Shown here piece after piece: positions 41,333 through 55,100 of a stretch of 64,000 nucleotides of DNA. The stretch's first letter is position 1. Each line of letters opens with the position of its first letter. Position numbers and translations under genes: made by a program. Origin of the DNA: Eledone cirrhosa. Lineage: Eukaryota. The stretch covers positions 278,256,001-278,320,000 of the forward strand of contig OZ024742.1 in the NCBI GenBank assembly GCA_964016885.1, given 5' to 3'. Under the pieces are notes generated by a model. That model was not told the DNA's origin, ran no database searches, and saw only the letters and a program-made list of their open reading frames with translations.

Positions 41333-41442
41333 GTAATAGAATGAAATTAAATTTTAATTTCTCACTCTTAGTACGGCACTTACTGAAATGTAAGTATGTA
41401 TGTATACGTACATACATATATGCATACAGACGTACAGTAGCA

Positions 41443-41509
<67 letters not shown>

Positions 41510-41659
41510 TCAGGCACACATATATATATGTACGTATCAGTTTAGCGGACATTGATTATAAGGTTCGCTTTGTCCGTTTGTAAACAAACGGACAGCCTGA
41601 TTTATGCCGTACGGTATTAAGGCAACCACGTCACCTTTTTGTTCAACACTGACACAGGA

Positions 41660-41702
41660 ACGATGTACTAGTTTCAAGCTTGTTAGCTATCGTCAGCACC
41701 GT
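41660..41702 (-). ncRNA. Type I minimal hammerhead ribozyme (array copy 1)
   Basis: Minus strand acggtg-CTGACGA-t-agct-aaca-agct-t-GAAAC-ta-GTA^catcgt. Confidence 0.7.
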
Positions 41703-41979
41703 ATACCCTTCTGCCAGATGGTTGAACGTTCGAAAGTATATACTTTCCTTATGAAAATTAACGGCTGAGCAGCCTAATTTGCATATCGAGTGAGTTCAGT
41801 CGGCCAGGCGCACCGAAAACGATAAAATGGAATAGAATGAAATGAAATTTCATTTCTCATTCTTAGTACGGCACTTACTTAAATGTAAGTAAGTATGTAT
41901 ACATATATGCGGACAAAGCGAACATTATAATAAATGTCCGCTAAACTGATACGTACATATATATATGTGTGCCTGTATG

Positions 41980-42095
<116 letters not shown>

Positions 42096-42330
42096 TGCTA
42101 CTGTACGTCTGTATGCATATATGTATGTACGTATACATACATATTTACATTTAAGTAAGTGCCGTACTAAGAGTGAGAAATGAAATTTCATTTCATTCTA
42201 TTCCATTTTATCGTTTTCGGTGCGCCTGGCCGACTGAACTCACTCGATATGCAAATTATGCTGCTCACCCGTTAATTTTCATAAGGAAAGTATATACTTT
42301 CGAACGTTCAACCATCTGGCAGAAGGGTAT

Positions 42331-42373
42331 ACGGTGCTGACGATAGCTAACAAGCTTGAAACTAGTACATCGT
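42331..42373 (+). ncRNA. Type I minimal hammerhead ribozyme (array copy 2)
   Basis: Same fold; predicted cleavage after 42367. Confidence 0.7.
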
Positions 42374-42523
42374 TCCTGTGCCAGTGTTGAACAAAAAGGT
42401 GACGTGGTTGCCTTAACACCGCACGGCATAAATTCAGGCTGTCCGATTGTTTACAAACGGACAAAGCGAACATTATAATAAATGTCCGCTAAACTGATAC
42501 GTACATATATATATGTGTGCCTG

Positions 42524-42569
<46 letters not shown>

Positions 42570-42620
42570 TGCTACTGTACGTCTGTATGCATATATATAT
42601 GTACGTATACATACATACTT

Positions 42621-42668
<48 letters not shown>

Positions 42669-42728
42669 GCATATATATATATATATATGTATTTATGTAT
42701 GTATGTATATACATATATATGTATATGT

Positions 42729-43292
42729 CAGGTCACCAGTTGGTGCTACTGGTAACGAGTAAACTGGCAACCCCACCAAGGTTTCTTGGTGGGGAGGGTG
42801 ACTTTGGACATCCTGCATAATAAAAACAAAACCTGTCAAAGGGCAAATGAGCTCTTAAGAGTCAATGGCCATCCAAAATCACCGGGAGAGATGACCCCTT
42901 AGCCCTTGTCAAGGCAGAATTCTAGGAGAAGGAAAACTCTGATATAACACCTGCAACTCTGATGGTATCCAATGATGTTGACTTGTTCTTCTTTTTGGTA
43001 AATATCATCTTGGTTAAGAGAGTGAGACTGGCTTTGTGCAGTGCCTTTGCTCACTATAAAAGCTTCACGGCACAGGCATTGCTTTATATCTGGAGATCTC
43101 TCTGCACTTGTCGTCACATGGTGCCATGGGCCTACCACTATGTGTCAATAATTGTCACAGGTGAAGTGTTTGTACCAGAGATTTCAAGTCGCTGGCTGGA
43201 CTAAAAAGTCACACGCGTTCAGCGCATCGGTGGGGGTTCTCCTACATGGATATAAAGTAGTGGCCGTACTCGAAAACGAGTTGGCAGCCACC
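42729..43292 (+). mobile_element. Non-autonomous RTE-derived element, longest copy
   Basis: The 3' end encodes a C2H2 remnant ([15 protein letters not shown]) and ends ggccgtactcgaaaacgagttggcagccacc+(ATGT)n, matching the RTE end at 55859-55890. Confidence 0.8.
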
Positions 43293-43769
43293 ATGTATAT
43301 ATGTATATATAGATGTATGTATGTATACATATGTATATATATATATGTATATATATATATGTATGTATGTATATATATGTATGTATATGTGTGTATGTAT
43401 GTATATATATGTGTATGTATAGATATATGTATGTATGTATAGATATATGTATGTATGTATATATATATGTATATATATATATGTATGTATGTATATATAT
43501 ATGTATATATATATGTATGTATATATATGTATATATATATATATATATATGTATGTATATATATGTATATCTGTATGTATATATATGTATATACATATAT
43601 ATATATATATGTATATATATATATGTATGTATATGTATGTATATATGTATGTATATATATGTATATGTGTGTATATATGTCTATATATATATATATATAT
43701 GTCTATGTATATATATGTATATATATATGTATATATATATGTATGTATGTATATATACGTATATGTATG

Positions 43770-43811
<42 letters not shown>

Positions 43812-44009
43812 ATATATCTATATATATATATGTATGTATGTATATATACGTATATGTATGTAATGTATATATATGTATATATATATATATGTATGTATAT
43901 ATATGTATATATATACATATATATATATATGTATATATATATATGTAGGTATGTATATATATGTATGTATATGTGTGTATGTATATATATGTGTATGTAT
44001 AGATATACC

Positions 44010-44385
44010 TCTAGGAGAAGGAAAACTCTGATATAACACCTGCAACCCTGATGGTATCCAATGATGTTGACTTGTTCTTCTTTTTGGTAAATATCATCTT
44101 GGTTAAGAGAGTGCGACTGGCTTTGTGCAGTGCCTTTGCTCACTATAAAAGCTTCACGGCACAGGCATTGCTTTATATCTGGAGATCTCTCTGCACTTGT
44201 TGTCATATGGTGCCATGGGCCCAGCACTATGTGTCAATAATTGTCACATGTGTTGTGTTTGTACCAGAGTTTTCAAGTCAGTCGCTGGCTGGACTAAAAA
44301 GTCACACTCGTTTAGCGCATCGGTAGGGGTTCTCCTACATAGATATAAAGTAGTGGCCGTACTCGAAAACGAGTTGGCAGCCACC
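44010..44385 (+). mobile_element. Non-autonomous RTE-derived element, 5'-truncated copy
   Basis: Near identical to 42920-43292. Confidence 0.8.
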
Positions 44386-44647
44386 ATATATGTATATACA
44401 TATATATATCGACATTCGATCGACTTTCTTATATATATGTATGTACGTATACATACATACTTACATTTAAGTAAGTGCCATACTAAGAGTGAGAAATGAA
44501 ATTTCGTTTTCATTTTTTTTTCAACTAATCGTTTTCGGTATGCCTGACCGATTTAACTCACTCAATATGCAAATTAGGCTGCTCAGCCGTTAATTTTCAT
44601 AAGGAAAGTATATACTGTCGAACGTTCAACTATCTGGCAGATGGGTA

Positions 44648-44692
44648 AACGGTGCTGATGATAGCTAACAAGCTTGAAACTAGTACATCGTT
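44648..44692 (+). ncRNA. Type I minimal hammerhead ribozyme (array copy 3)
   Basis: aacggtg-CTGATGA-t-agct-aaca-agct-t-GAAAC-ta-GTA^catcgtt; 7 bp stem I. Confidence 0.75.
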
Positions 44693-44854
44693 CCTGTGTC
44701 AGTGTTGAACAAAAAGGTGACGTGGTTGCCTTAACACCGTATGGCATAAATTCAGGCTGTTCGCTTTGTTGACAAACAAACGAACAAAGCGGCCGGCGTT
44801 ATAATAAACGTAGGCTAAACTGATGCGTGCATATATGTATGTGTACCTGTATGC

Positions 44855-44898
<44 letters not shown>

Positions 44899-45154
44899 AT
44901 ATATATATATATGTGCATGCTACTGTACGTCTGTATACATATATGTATGTACGTATACATACATACTTACATTTAAGTAAGTGCCATACTAAGAGAGAGA
45001 AATGAAATTTCGTTTTCATTTTTTTTTTCAACTAATCGTTTTCGGTATGCCTGACCGATTTAACTCACTCAATATGCAAATTAGGCTGCTCAGCCGTTAA
45101 TTTTCATAAGGAAAGTATATACTGTCGAACGTTCAACTATCTGGCAGATGGGTA

Positions 45155-45199
45155 AACGGTGCTGATGATAGCTAACAAGCTTGAAACTAGTACATCGTT
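45155..45199 (+). ncRNA. Type I minimal hammerhead ribozyme (array copy 4)
   Basis: Identical to copy 3. Confidence 0.75.
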
Positions 45200-45361
45200 C
45201 CTGTGTCAGTGTTGAACAAAAAGGTGACGTGGTTGCCTTAACACCGTATGGCATAAATTCAGGCTGTTCGCTTTGTTGACAAACAAACGAACAAAGCGGC
45301 CGGCGTTATAATAAACGTAGGCTAAACTGATGCGTGCATATATGTATGTGTACCTGTATGC

Positions 45362-45405
<44 letters not shown>

Positions 45406-45660
45406 ATATATATATATATGTGCATGCTACTGTACGTCTGTATACATATATGTATGTACGTATACATACATACTTACATTTAAGTAAGTGCCATACTAAG
45501 AGTGAGAAATGAAATTTCGTTTTCATTTTTTTTTCAACTAATCGTTTTCGGTATGCCTGACCGATTTAACTCACTCAATATGCAAATTAGGCTGCTCAGC
45601 CGTTAATTTTCATAAGGAAAGTATATACTGTCGAACGTTCAACTATCTGGCAGATGGGTA

Positions 45661-45705
45661 AACGGTGCTGATGATAGCTAACAAGCTTGAAACTAGTACA
45701 TCGTT
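45661..45705 (+). ncRNA. Type I minimal hammerhead ribozyme (array copy 5)
   Basis: Identical to copy 3. Confidence 0.75.
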
Positions 45706-45867
45706 CCTGTGTCAGTGTTGAACAAAAAGGTGACGTGGTTGCCTTAACACCGTATGGCATAAATTCAGGCTGTTCGCTTTGTTGACAAACAAACGAACAA
45801 AGCGGCCGGCGTTATAATAAACGTAGGCTAAACTGATGCGTGCATATATGTATGTGTACCTGTATGC

Positions 45868-45907
<40 letters not shown>

Positions 45908-46066
45908 ATATATATATATATGTGCATGCTACTGTACGTCTGTATACATATATGTATGTACGTATACATACATACTTACATTTAAGTAAGTGCCATACTA
46001 AGAGTGAGAAATGAAATTTCGTTTTCATTTTTTTTTCAACTATATATATATAAATATATCCATATC

Positions 46067-46130
<64 letters not shown>

Positions 46131-46343
46131 AATATAAATTAGCGAGAATCGTTTTCAGCTCAGGAATTAACGAAAATCAACGTCCGATATGTGTGGCAAG
46201 CGCTCGATGAATCATATGAATCAGAGCTACAACATACGTTAAGGGCCAAACACACTGAGATGATGGTTAAACATATCATCCGCACAGCCAAAACAAAACG
46301 ACCAAGTAATTCGGGTCAAACAATAAAAATATATGTGTTGATA

Positions 46344-46391
<48 letters not shown>

Positions 46392-46540
46392 AAATTGAGG
46401 TTGGCAATGGCACATGGAACACATAAGAGACAGAACACCCCCCAGCTCGGTCATATATATATAGTATCGTCTTCCTGTCTTCCTCCGGTTGCCAACCTCA
46501 ATTTTCTCTATAACCTTCGTTTTGTGTTGAAAATTACACT

Positions 46541-47085
<545 letters not shown>

Positions 47086-47136
47086 CACACATATGTCTAG
47101 ATACAAGTACATCTGTGCCATTATATGTTGGTTAAT

Positions 47137-47313
47137 TGGCAGTATCGGTAGAGGGTTGAACGCCATGCTTTGACGCATAGAGTTACGGCCCTTGCCATTC
47201 TGAGTTCAAATCCCGCCGAGGTTAACTTTGCCTTTCATCCTTATGGGGTCGATAAAATAAAGTACCAGTAATGTACTGGATAATTGCTGGCCTTGTGCCA
47301 AAAGTAGAAACAA
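47137..47313 (+). mobile_element. SINE family A
   Basis: Same head, B box and central motif as 315-515. Confidence 0.85.
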
Positions 47314-47550
47314 TTATATGTTATATGTATATATACTACGCCTTTCTGTAATAATGAATAATAGATGTATGTATGAATGTAATTATATATACGTATATAT
47401 ATATAGTTATGTATTGGATAGAGAAATGAATGTAACATAATGACACGAAGATAAAAGTTAACGACATCAGGAGATGGAAAAAATGTATTTGACGTTTAGG
47501 ACATGAATCCCTCATCTGAAAAATGAAAAAGAGCGAGAGAGAAAGACTGG

Positions 47551-47633
<83 letters not shown>

Positions 47634-47660
47634 TTGGTGCTCTGAAATAGCTATATATAT

Positions 47661-47898
47661 ATGAATGTATATATAGTGTATTTTGCAATACACTGTATGC
47701 TTAATTAAAAGCATTTCGAAGACCTTACGCTATTGTTTTAGAGTAGTGACAGACTCGCATACTTTAATTTTCATCTCCCCTGTTTGCTGAAAATTAAAGT
47801 AAGTGAGTCTGTCACTACTCTAAAACAATACCATAAGGTCTTCGAAATGCTTTTAATTAACCATACAGTGTATTGCAAAATACACTATATATACATTC

Positions 47899-47900
<2 letters not shown>
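47661..47900. repeat. Foldback with ~113 bp arms in (TA)n
   Basis: Arms are reverse complements around 47774-47788. Confidence 0.9.
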
Positions 47901-47989
<89 letters not shown>

Positions 47990-47992
<3 letters not shown>

Positions 47993-48761
47993 AAAATTAA
48001 ATTAAGGGCGTCATGCCAGAGAGACATGCACCATTTCCACTGTAGAATATGCTCCAAGATTCCAATGAATAGATCCGAGCATTTTATATCAACTAGAAAT
48101 TGATTGACATATATATATATATGTGAAATAAACATATGAAACAACCATAGCAAAAATTTGTAAAAGTGTGTAAGCACACATAGCTAGGTAGGTAACCAAT
48201 CAAAGTTTAACTAGAACTTTAAAAATTGATTAATCTTCCTTGTATATATTTCATTAAAGAAATATATTTCACCTTTAAGCGATCGGTAAACCACAGTAGC
48301 CCAAAATCGAATTTTCAACAAGGGAGAAGATCGAACTATCTGTGTTTACACAGTAAATTCAAATCTGCGAATGACTAGTAGCACATGTTGCATTTTTTAA
48401 ATATATACACATCGTACCAGCCTCATCCCAGTGGCGTGAATAGGGTTATCGACAACTAGAAATAGCAGCCGTGTCCTTTCAACTGAGTTAGCTCTACAAT
48501 TAAGGGGCCGTGTATATATCCAAAAGTTAAATTAAGTGTGTCATGTCAGAGAGACATGCACCATTTCCACTGTAGAATATGCTCCAAAATTCGAATGAAT
48601 GGATCCGAGCATTTTATATCAACTAGAAATTGATTGACATATATATATATATATATATAAAATGAACATATAAAACAATCACGGGGAATAATTTGTAAAA
48701 GTGTGTAAGCACACATAGCTAGGTAGGTAACCAATCAAAGTTTAACTAGAACTTTAAAAAT
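47990..48761. repeat. ~240 bp direct duplication (47990-48227 and 48518-48761)
   Basis: cagagagacatgcaccatttccactgtag...gtaaccaatcaaagtttaactagaactttaaaaat occurs twice. Confidence 0.9.
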
Positions 48762-49457
48762 AATATTTAATCTAGTGTGTTTTGCAATAAGTCACTTACT
48801 TCTTTTTTCAACAAAAATACACTATATATATATTCATATATATATATATATATATATCGCAATTTCAGAGCAATCCACCAGTTAATTTTATTGCTCATTT
48901 TTGGTCGATTCTATTGAGTGATGAATAGCTCCTGTTTTATTTTAACATGTCTATTGAGCACTTTTATTCGATATGTGTATTTCCACATTTTCTCGAATTG
49001 TTTTCGCGGATGTAGAGGTTATCTCCCTTGCCATATTCCATGTGCGTATTTCGATTGTAGTTAGCCTCTTATCCGCTAGGACTAAGCTCGTTGATGAAGT
49101 AAACTCCAGTCCGCTTACTCTGGAACTCTTATGTATTTATATGTGAGCTGATAGAGTACAGTCTAAGGATTTACAGAAACCCAAGAAGCTAGATTTAACA
49201 CCTTTCTAGTGGGTCCGGGTATGATTTTACATTCATTTAAATTATTGATGTATTGTTTTATTGATATTTTTTATCTGATTGTCCCGAATCTTCTATTATA
49301 GATTTTTTATCGTATGGTTGATTTTAGACTTGTTCTATGTGTGACGGTATTTTAACGATAGTTATAGCTCTGATTCATCTGAATTATTGAGCCCTCTGCC
49401 GCTCATTTCGAATCTTGTTTATCGTGAACTCGTGCGCCGATTTTTCGATACTCGATC

Positions 49458-49489
<32 letters not shown>

Positions 49490-49542
49490 GTAAGTATGTA
49501 TGTATACGTACATGCATATATGTATACAGACGTACAGTAGCA

Positions 49543-49636
<94 letters not shown>

Positions 49637-49793
49637 TACATACAGGTACACATACATATATGTACGTATCAGTTTAGCGGACGCTTATTACAGCGCCCGC
49701 TTTGTTCGTTTGTAAACAAACTGAACAGACTGAATTTATGCCGCACGGTGTTAAGGCAACCACGTCACCTTTTTGTTCAACACTGACACAGGA

Positions 49794-49836
49794 ACGATGT
49801 ACTAGTTTCAAGCTTGTTAGCTATCATCAGCACCGT
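49794..49836 (-). ncRNA. Type I minimal hammerhead ribozyme (array copy 6)
   Basis: Reverse complement of the copy 3 core. Confidence 0.7.
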
Positions 49837-50072
49837 ATACCCATCTGCCAGATAGTTGAACGTTCGAAAGTATATACTTTCCTTATGAAAATTAACGGCT
49901 GAGCAGCCTAATTTGCATATCGAGTGAGTTAAATCGGTCAGGCGCACCGAAAACGATGAGTTGTAATAAAATGGAAACGAAATTTCATTTCTCACTCTTA
50001 GTACGGCACTTACTTAAATGTAAGTATGTATGTATACGTACATACATATATGTATACAGACGTACAGTAGCA

Positions 50073-50130
<58 letters not shown>

Positions 50131-50280
50131 CAGGTACACATACATATATGTGCGTATCAGTTTTGCGGACGCTTATTATAGCGCCCGCTTTGTTCGTTTG
50201 TAAACAAACTGAACAGCCTGAATTTATGCCGCACATGTTAAGGCAACCACGTCACCTTTTTGTTCAACACTGACACAGGA

Positions 50281-50323
50281 ACGATGTACTAGTTTCAAGC
50301 TTGTTAGCTATCATCAGCACCGT
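50281..50323 (-). ncRNA. Type I minimal hammerhead ribozyme (array copy 7)
   Basis: Reverse complement of the copy 3 core. Confidence 0.7.
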
Positions 50324-50559
50324 ATACCCATCTGCCAGATAGTTGAACGTTCGAAAGTATATACTTTCCTTATGAAAATTAACGGCTGAGCAGCCTAATT
50401 TGCATATCGAGTGAGTTAAATCGGTCAGGCTCACCGAAAACGATGAGTTGTAATAAAATGAAAACGAAATTTCATTTCTCACTCTTAGTACGGTACTTAC
50501 TTAAATGTAAGTATGTATGTATACGTACATACATATATGTATACAGACGTACAGTAGCA

Positions 50560-50611
<52 letters not shown>

Positions 50612-50995
50612 TACATACAGGTACACATACATATATGTACGTATCACATTTAAGTAAGTGCCGTACTAAGAGTGAGAAATGAAATTTCGTTTTCATTTTA
50701 TTACAACTATATATATATATATATATATATATAAGCATGTACACATGTGTCTCCATATATTTAGATTATGTTTAATTCGGTTTTAATTCATCTACATACA
50801 TAATTAAAAGCCAATACTATCTCCCTCTCTCTGTGTTTAATTCTCTCTCTCTATGTATATACATATATATTTATATAAACATACACACACACACTCAGAC
50901 ACACATACACACACACGTATATATATACGGATAGTTTAGTCGTTTTTGTATGTATGCATGTATATATATGTATGTTTGTATGTGTTGTGTATATA

Positions 50996-51584
50996 TCTAT
51001 ATATATAAAACTGAGAATGTCTGTCTGTGTGTGTGTTTGAATCCCTAAAACTAGAGAAGCACCCAACCGACTGTTTTCAAACTTTACACATGTAATACTT
51101 ATGTCTCAGGGAGTGTTCTGAGCAAAATAAATTTCAAATTTTCAATGCCCTAGGCACCACATTAGGCGATTTAGCGATCTCTCTCTCTATAATTCTTAGT
51201 CTTTCTCTTTTTAGATATATACATACATATAACGCCGCGCCCTTATAATATATGTCTGTATGTCTGCTGTCTGCATCACCTCACTTCCTACAATTCGATC
51301 TGCTTCCAGAACGCGCACTTATAATATCTGTCTCTATATCTGGCTGTCTGCTGCCTCCAGTTATTCTGCTACCCTTGCTCAAGGCAAATCTCACACACAT
51401 TCCCCAAACAGTTGGTAAGTGCACACAACTTCTTACACGCGTTTTAAGCCACAGTGTTGCTTACTTACGTACCACCAGACCCTTACTTCTTTGCCAGCCG
51501 TGGTTGTGGCAATACTAAGTTTAGCTAAGGTGATTATATATTTCACAATACCTTATCCCGTGCAACGCCGGGTACTACTGCTAG
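50996..51584 (+). mobile_element. Non-autonomous Helitron
   Basis: 5' A|TCTATATATATAAAA; 3' GC hairpin CCCGTGCAACGCCGGG (51557-51572) followed by CTAG|T; inserted between A and T with no target-site duplication. Confidence 0.75.
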
Positions 51585-51659
51585 TATATTAATAAAAGTC
51601 AGATATAAACTCATGTATATGTCTCTCTGTCAGTCTGTTTGTCGATATGTATGTATGTT

Positions 51660-52037
51660 TATCTCTTTCTCTTAATTTCGAGTATATTTTTGACCGGCCA
51701 CCTTCCTGGTGGCAAGATTGTAAAAGAAAAGAAATTGTCATCCCTTGAATCGCAAGTATGTCTTGCAAATTTTGAAGGTGCCAGCTATCGCAGCCATTTG
51801 TAGACTATGAATTAGGGAGCTGCGCTCTTTGTCCGCAAATCCAAGTTCAGTTATACATTGGTCCAAGCGGGTTGGTATATAACCCGTAGCTCCAAAAATA
51901 ATGGATATGAAGCTAAAGGTGTATCTTGGATACTGGATTTGTAAACTCTTCATCAATGGTCCCTAGATGTCCTCCTTCTCCTGTATTTTTCTGCCAACGT
52001 TTATATCAAGTGGGCAGCTGATCTCCACAACAGAACA
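51660..52037 (-). mobile_element. 5'-truncated R4/Dong-like 3' fragment
   Basis: TCSVVEISCPLDIN...KSLQIQYPRYTFSFISIIFGATG...KICKTYL, homologous to 56122-56538; (TATG)n on both sides. Confidence 0.8.
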
Positions 52038-52156
52038 CGTATGTATGTATGTATGTATGTATGTATGTATGTATGTATGTATGTATGTATGTATGTATGT
52101 ATGTATGTATGTATGTATGCATGTATGTATGTATGTATGTATGTATGTAGGTATGT

Positions 52157-55100
52157 ATGTATGTATGTATCATTGGCAATAAGGGCAGGGGCCCCAAGTT
52201 ATCACAACCTGGGCCCGCCCGTCATCGTGCCATTGTAATAGAGCCAAACAGGGCATTTAGTCTTGGCTGCTGGAACGTACGGACGCTGCTTGACAGGGAT
52301 TCTTTGGAGCGTCCTGAACGAAGGACCGCTCTTGTTGCGAAGGAGCTTCGACGTTACGATCTTGACATCGTGGCTTTGTCTGAGACGAGGTTAGCTGGAG
52401 ATGGTCATCTTACGGAATTTTGTGGAGAATATACATTCTTCTGGAAAGGAAGAGATGAAGGAACCAGAAGAGAGGCTGGGGTGGGATTTGCGGTTAAGAC
52501 TGTACTGGTGAATAAATTGGAAGAATTCCCAGTGGGGATTAGTGAGCGTCTTATGTCCATGAGAGTTCCGCTGGACAAGGGAAGATATGCTACCCTGGTG
52601 AGTGTGTATGCTCCAACTATGAATTCTGTCGATGAAGAAAAACTGTCCTTTTACCATGCCTTGAAAGGTGTTTTAAGAAATATCCCTCAGGCAGACAAAG
52701 TCATCGTGCTTGGTGACTTTAATGCTAGAGTGGGTAGGGATTTTAACACATGGAATGTAATCGGAAGGCATGGGGTGGGAAAGTGTAACAGCAATGGTAT
52801 GCTCTTGCTGCAGATGTGTGAGGAGCTGGATCTGTGTGTTACCAACACCATGTTCCAACAAAAGAACAAATTCAAGACCACATGGATGCATCCTGCATCT
52901 AAGGAATGGCATCTTTTGGACTACGTCCTAGTCAGGATGCGTGACAGACAGGATGTGCGGTGTGTTCGTGTTCTTCGTGGAGCTGAGTGCTGGACGGACC
53001 ACCGCCTGGTACGCGCAAAAGTGAATCTAATCACCAAACGTAAAATCCGGGCTCCTGGTGTTACCCTGCCCAAAAGATTGAATGCTGCTCGTCTTAAGGA
53101 TAAAAATGTGAAGAGGACATTGGAAGAAGAGATGCAGGCTGCAGATCTTGGTGAGGATTGGCCGACCCTTAAAAAGTCGGTTTATGATGTAGGCAGACGT
53201 GTTCTGGGATTGGTGCAGAGAAAACATCAGGACTGGTTTAATGAGAAAGATGTGCATATAGATGACTTGTTGGCTGATAAGAGGCGCGCTCTGTCACGCT
53301 ACTTGACGGCAAGACCACAGGAGAGGAATACGTTGCATGAGGAGCTCAGGGATGTAAAATCACGTGTTAGGCGGAGTCTTTCTCAGATGAAGGATCAGTG
53401 GTGGAGTGAGAAGGCTGGTGAGATACAAACTGCGTCTGATTGCAATAACACAAAGCTGTTGTACAGTCTCTTGCGTGAGGTTTATGGACCGTCTTCTTCT
53501 CTGGTGACACCGATTCGCAGCAAGGATGGCAAAGAACTTCTTCGTGACTCACAGGGAATTCTACGAAGGTGGCGGGAGCACTTTGATGATCTTTTGAATC
53601 AGCCGTCTGTCGTCAGTGAAGATTTCCTCAATCTCATTCCGGAAAGTCCTGTGAAAGTAGCTCTCGCAGAGCCTCCGACACTTGTGGAGGTTGCAGTGGC
53701 TATTTCGAAGCTGAACAGTGGAAGATCTCCAGGTATGGATGGCATACATGCTGAGCTCCTACAATATGGTGGTGAGAGACTCCTGCAACATCTTCACTCT
53801 CTGTTTGGAAGGATATGGGCTAATGAATCCGTGCCTGAGGACTGGAGAGATGCAGTAATGGTGGTCTTGTACAAGGGAAAGGGTAACAGGAATGATTGTG
53901 GGAACTACAGAGGTATATCATTGCTTTCTGTCGTGGGGAAAGTTTTATGTAGGGTGCTTCTGGACCGTCTGCTGACACACATTGCAGATTGTGTCCTTCC
54001 TGAAAGTCAATCTGGTTTTCGTGTTGGACGCGGCACTACTGATATGATCTTCTCAGCTAGACAGCTCCAGGAGAAGTGCATTGAACAGGGCTTGGATCTG
54101 TATCAGGTTTTTGTCGATCTGACAAAGGCTTTCGATACTGTCAACAGAGATGCATTATGGAAGGTTCTCCAGAAACTTGGTTGCCCTGATAAGTTCCTTG
54201 CTTTAGTTAGGTCTTTCCATGACGACATGAAGGCTTGGGTTAATGTCGGAGGTAACATGTCGGAGCCTATCTCAGTAAAAAATGGAGTGAAACAGGGGGA
54301 TATTCCAGCACCGACCCTGTTTGCCATATACTTTGCAATGGTTTTCTGTATTGCATTCAGGAATTGCGAGCATGGTGTTTACATCCGATATCGAACCTCA
54401 GGCAGCGTATTTAACATCAGGCGCTTTGCTGCGAAGACAAAAGTATTTACATCAGTCATAAGAGACCTCTTGTATGCAGATGATTGCGATCTTGTAGCGC
54501 ACACAGAGAGTGATATGCAGCACATTTTGAATGTATTTTCTGACGCTTGCACTGCCCTGGGTTTGACTGTCAGTCTCAAGAAAACCGTCGTCATGTACCA
54601 ACCTGCACCTGGTAGGCAGTACACTGAACCAAACATCTATGTGTATGGCAAACGACTTGGAGTGGTTGATCAGTTTGTCTACCTGGGAAGCACTGTCAAT
54701 CGATACGGCAACCTTGACGGTGAAATCTCACTTAGGATTAGGAAAGCAAGTGATGCTTTCGGAAAGCTAGAAAGGCGACTCTGGGGTCGGCGAGACATAT
54801 GCAGGAGGACAAAGGTAAAGGTGTACAGGGCATGTGTACTCTCTTGTCTTCTTTATGCCTGCGAGACCTGGGTCACATATCGACGCCACCTTAAGCAATT
54901 GGAGCGTTTCCATCAGATGTGTCTCAGACGGATACATGGCGTTCGCTGGAGGGACCACATCAGTGATGTCGAGATTTTGGAAAGCTCTATGTGTGACAGT
55001 ATAGAAGCTCTTGTGCTTAAGCAGCGACTCCGTTGGAGTGGTCACCTTGCCAGGATGAAGGATTCTAGAATACCAAAACAACTCTTCTATGGAGAGTTGG

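Larger units (their letters stand above)
44430..46040 (+). repeat. Hammerhead-bearing repeat, block 2: three near-identical tandem monomers (period 506-507 bp)
   Basis: Predicted cleavage sites after 44685, 45192 and 45698. Confidence 0.95.
49490..50707 (-). repeat. Hammerhead-bearing repeat, block 3: two tandem monomers plus a partial one with an inverted end (50646-50707)
   Basis: Hammerheads are 487 bp apart; the terminal ~60 bp is flipped. Confidence 0.9.

Noticed and set aside
42731-42810. HDV-like ribozyme at the 5' end of the RTE-derived element (GGTCACC/GGTGACT helix with a G-U pair)
   Set aside because: The P3/L3 and P1.1 elements expected next to the 3' strand of P1 are not evident; only nested hairpins are supported.
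44430-46040. CRISPR-like or prokaryotic array
   Set aside because: Whole ~500 bp units repeat, there are no unique spacers or cas genes, and the context is eukaryotic.
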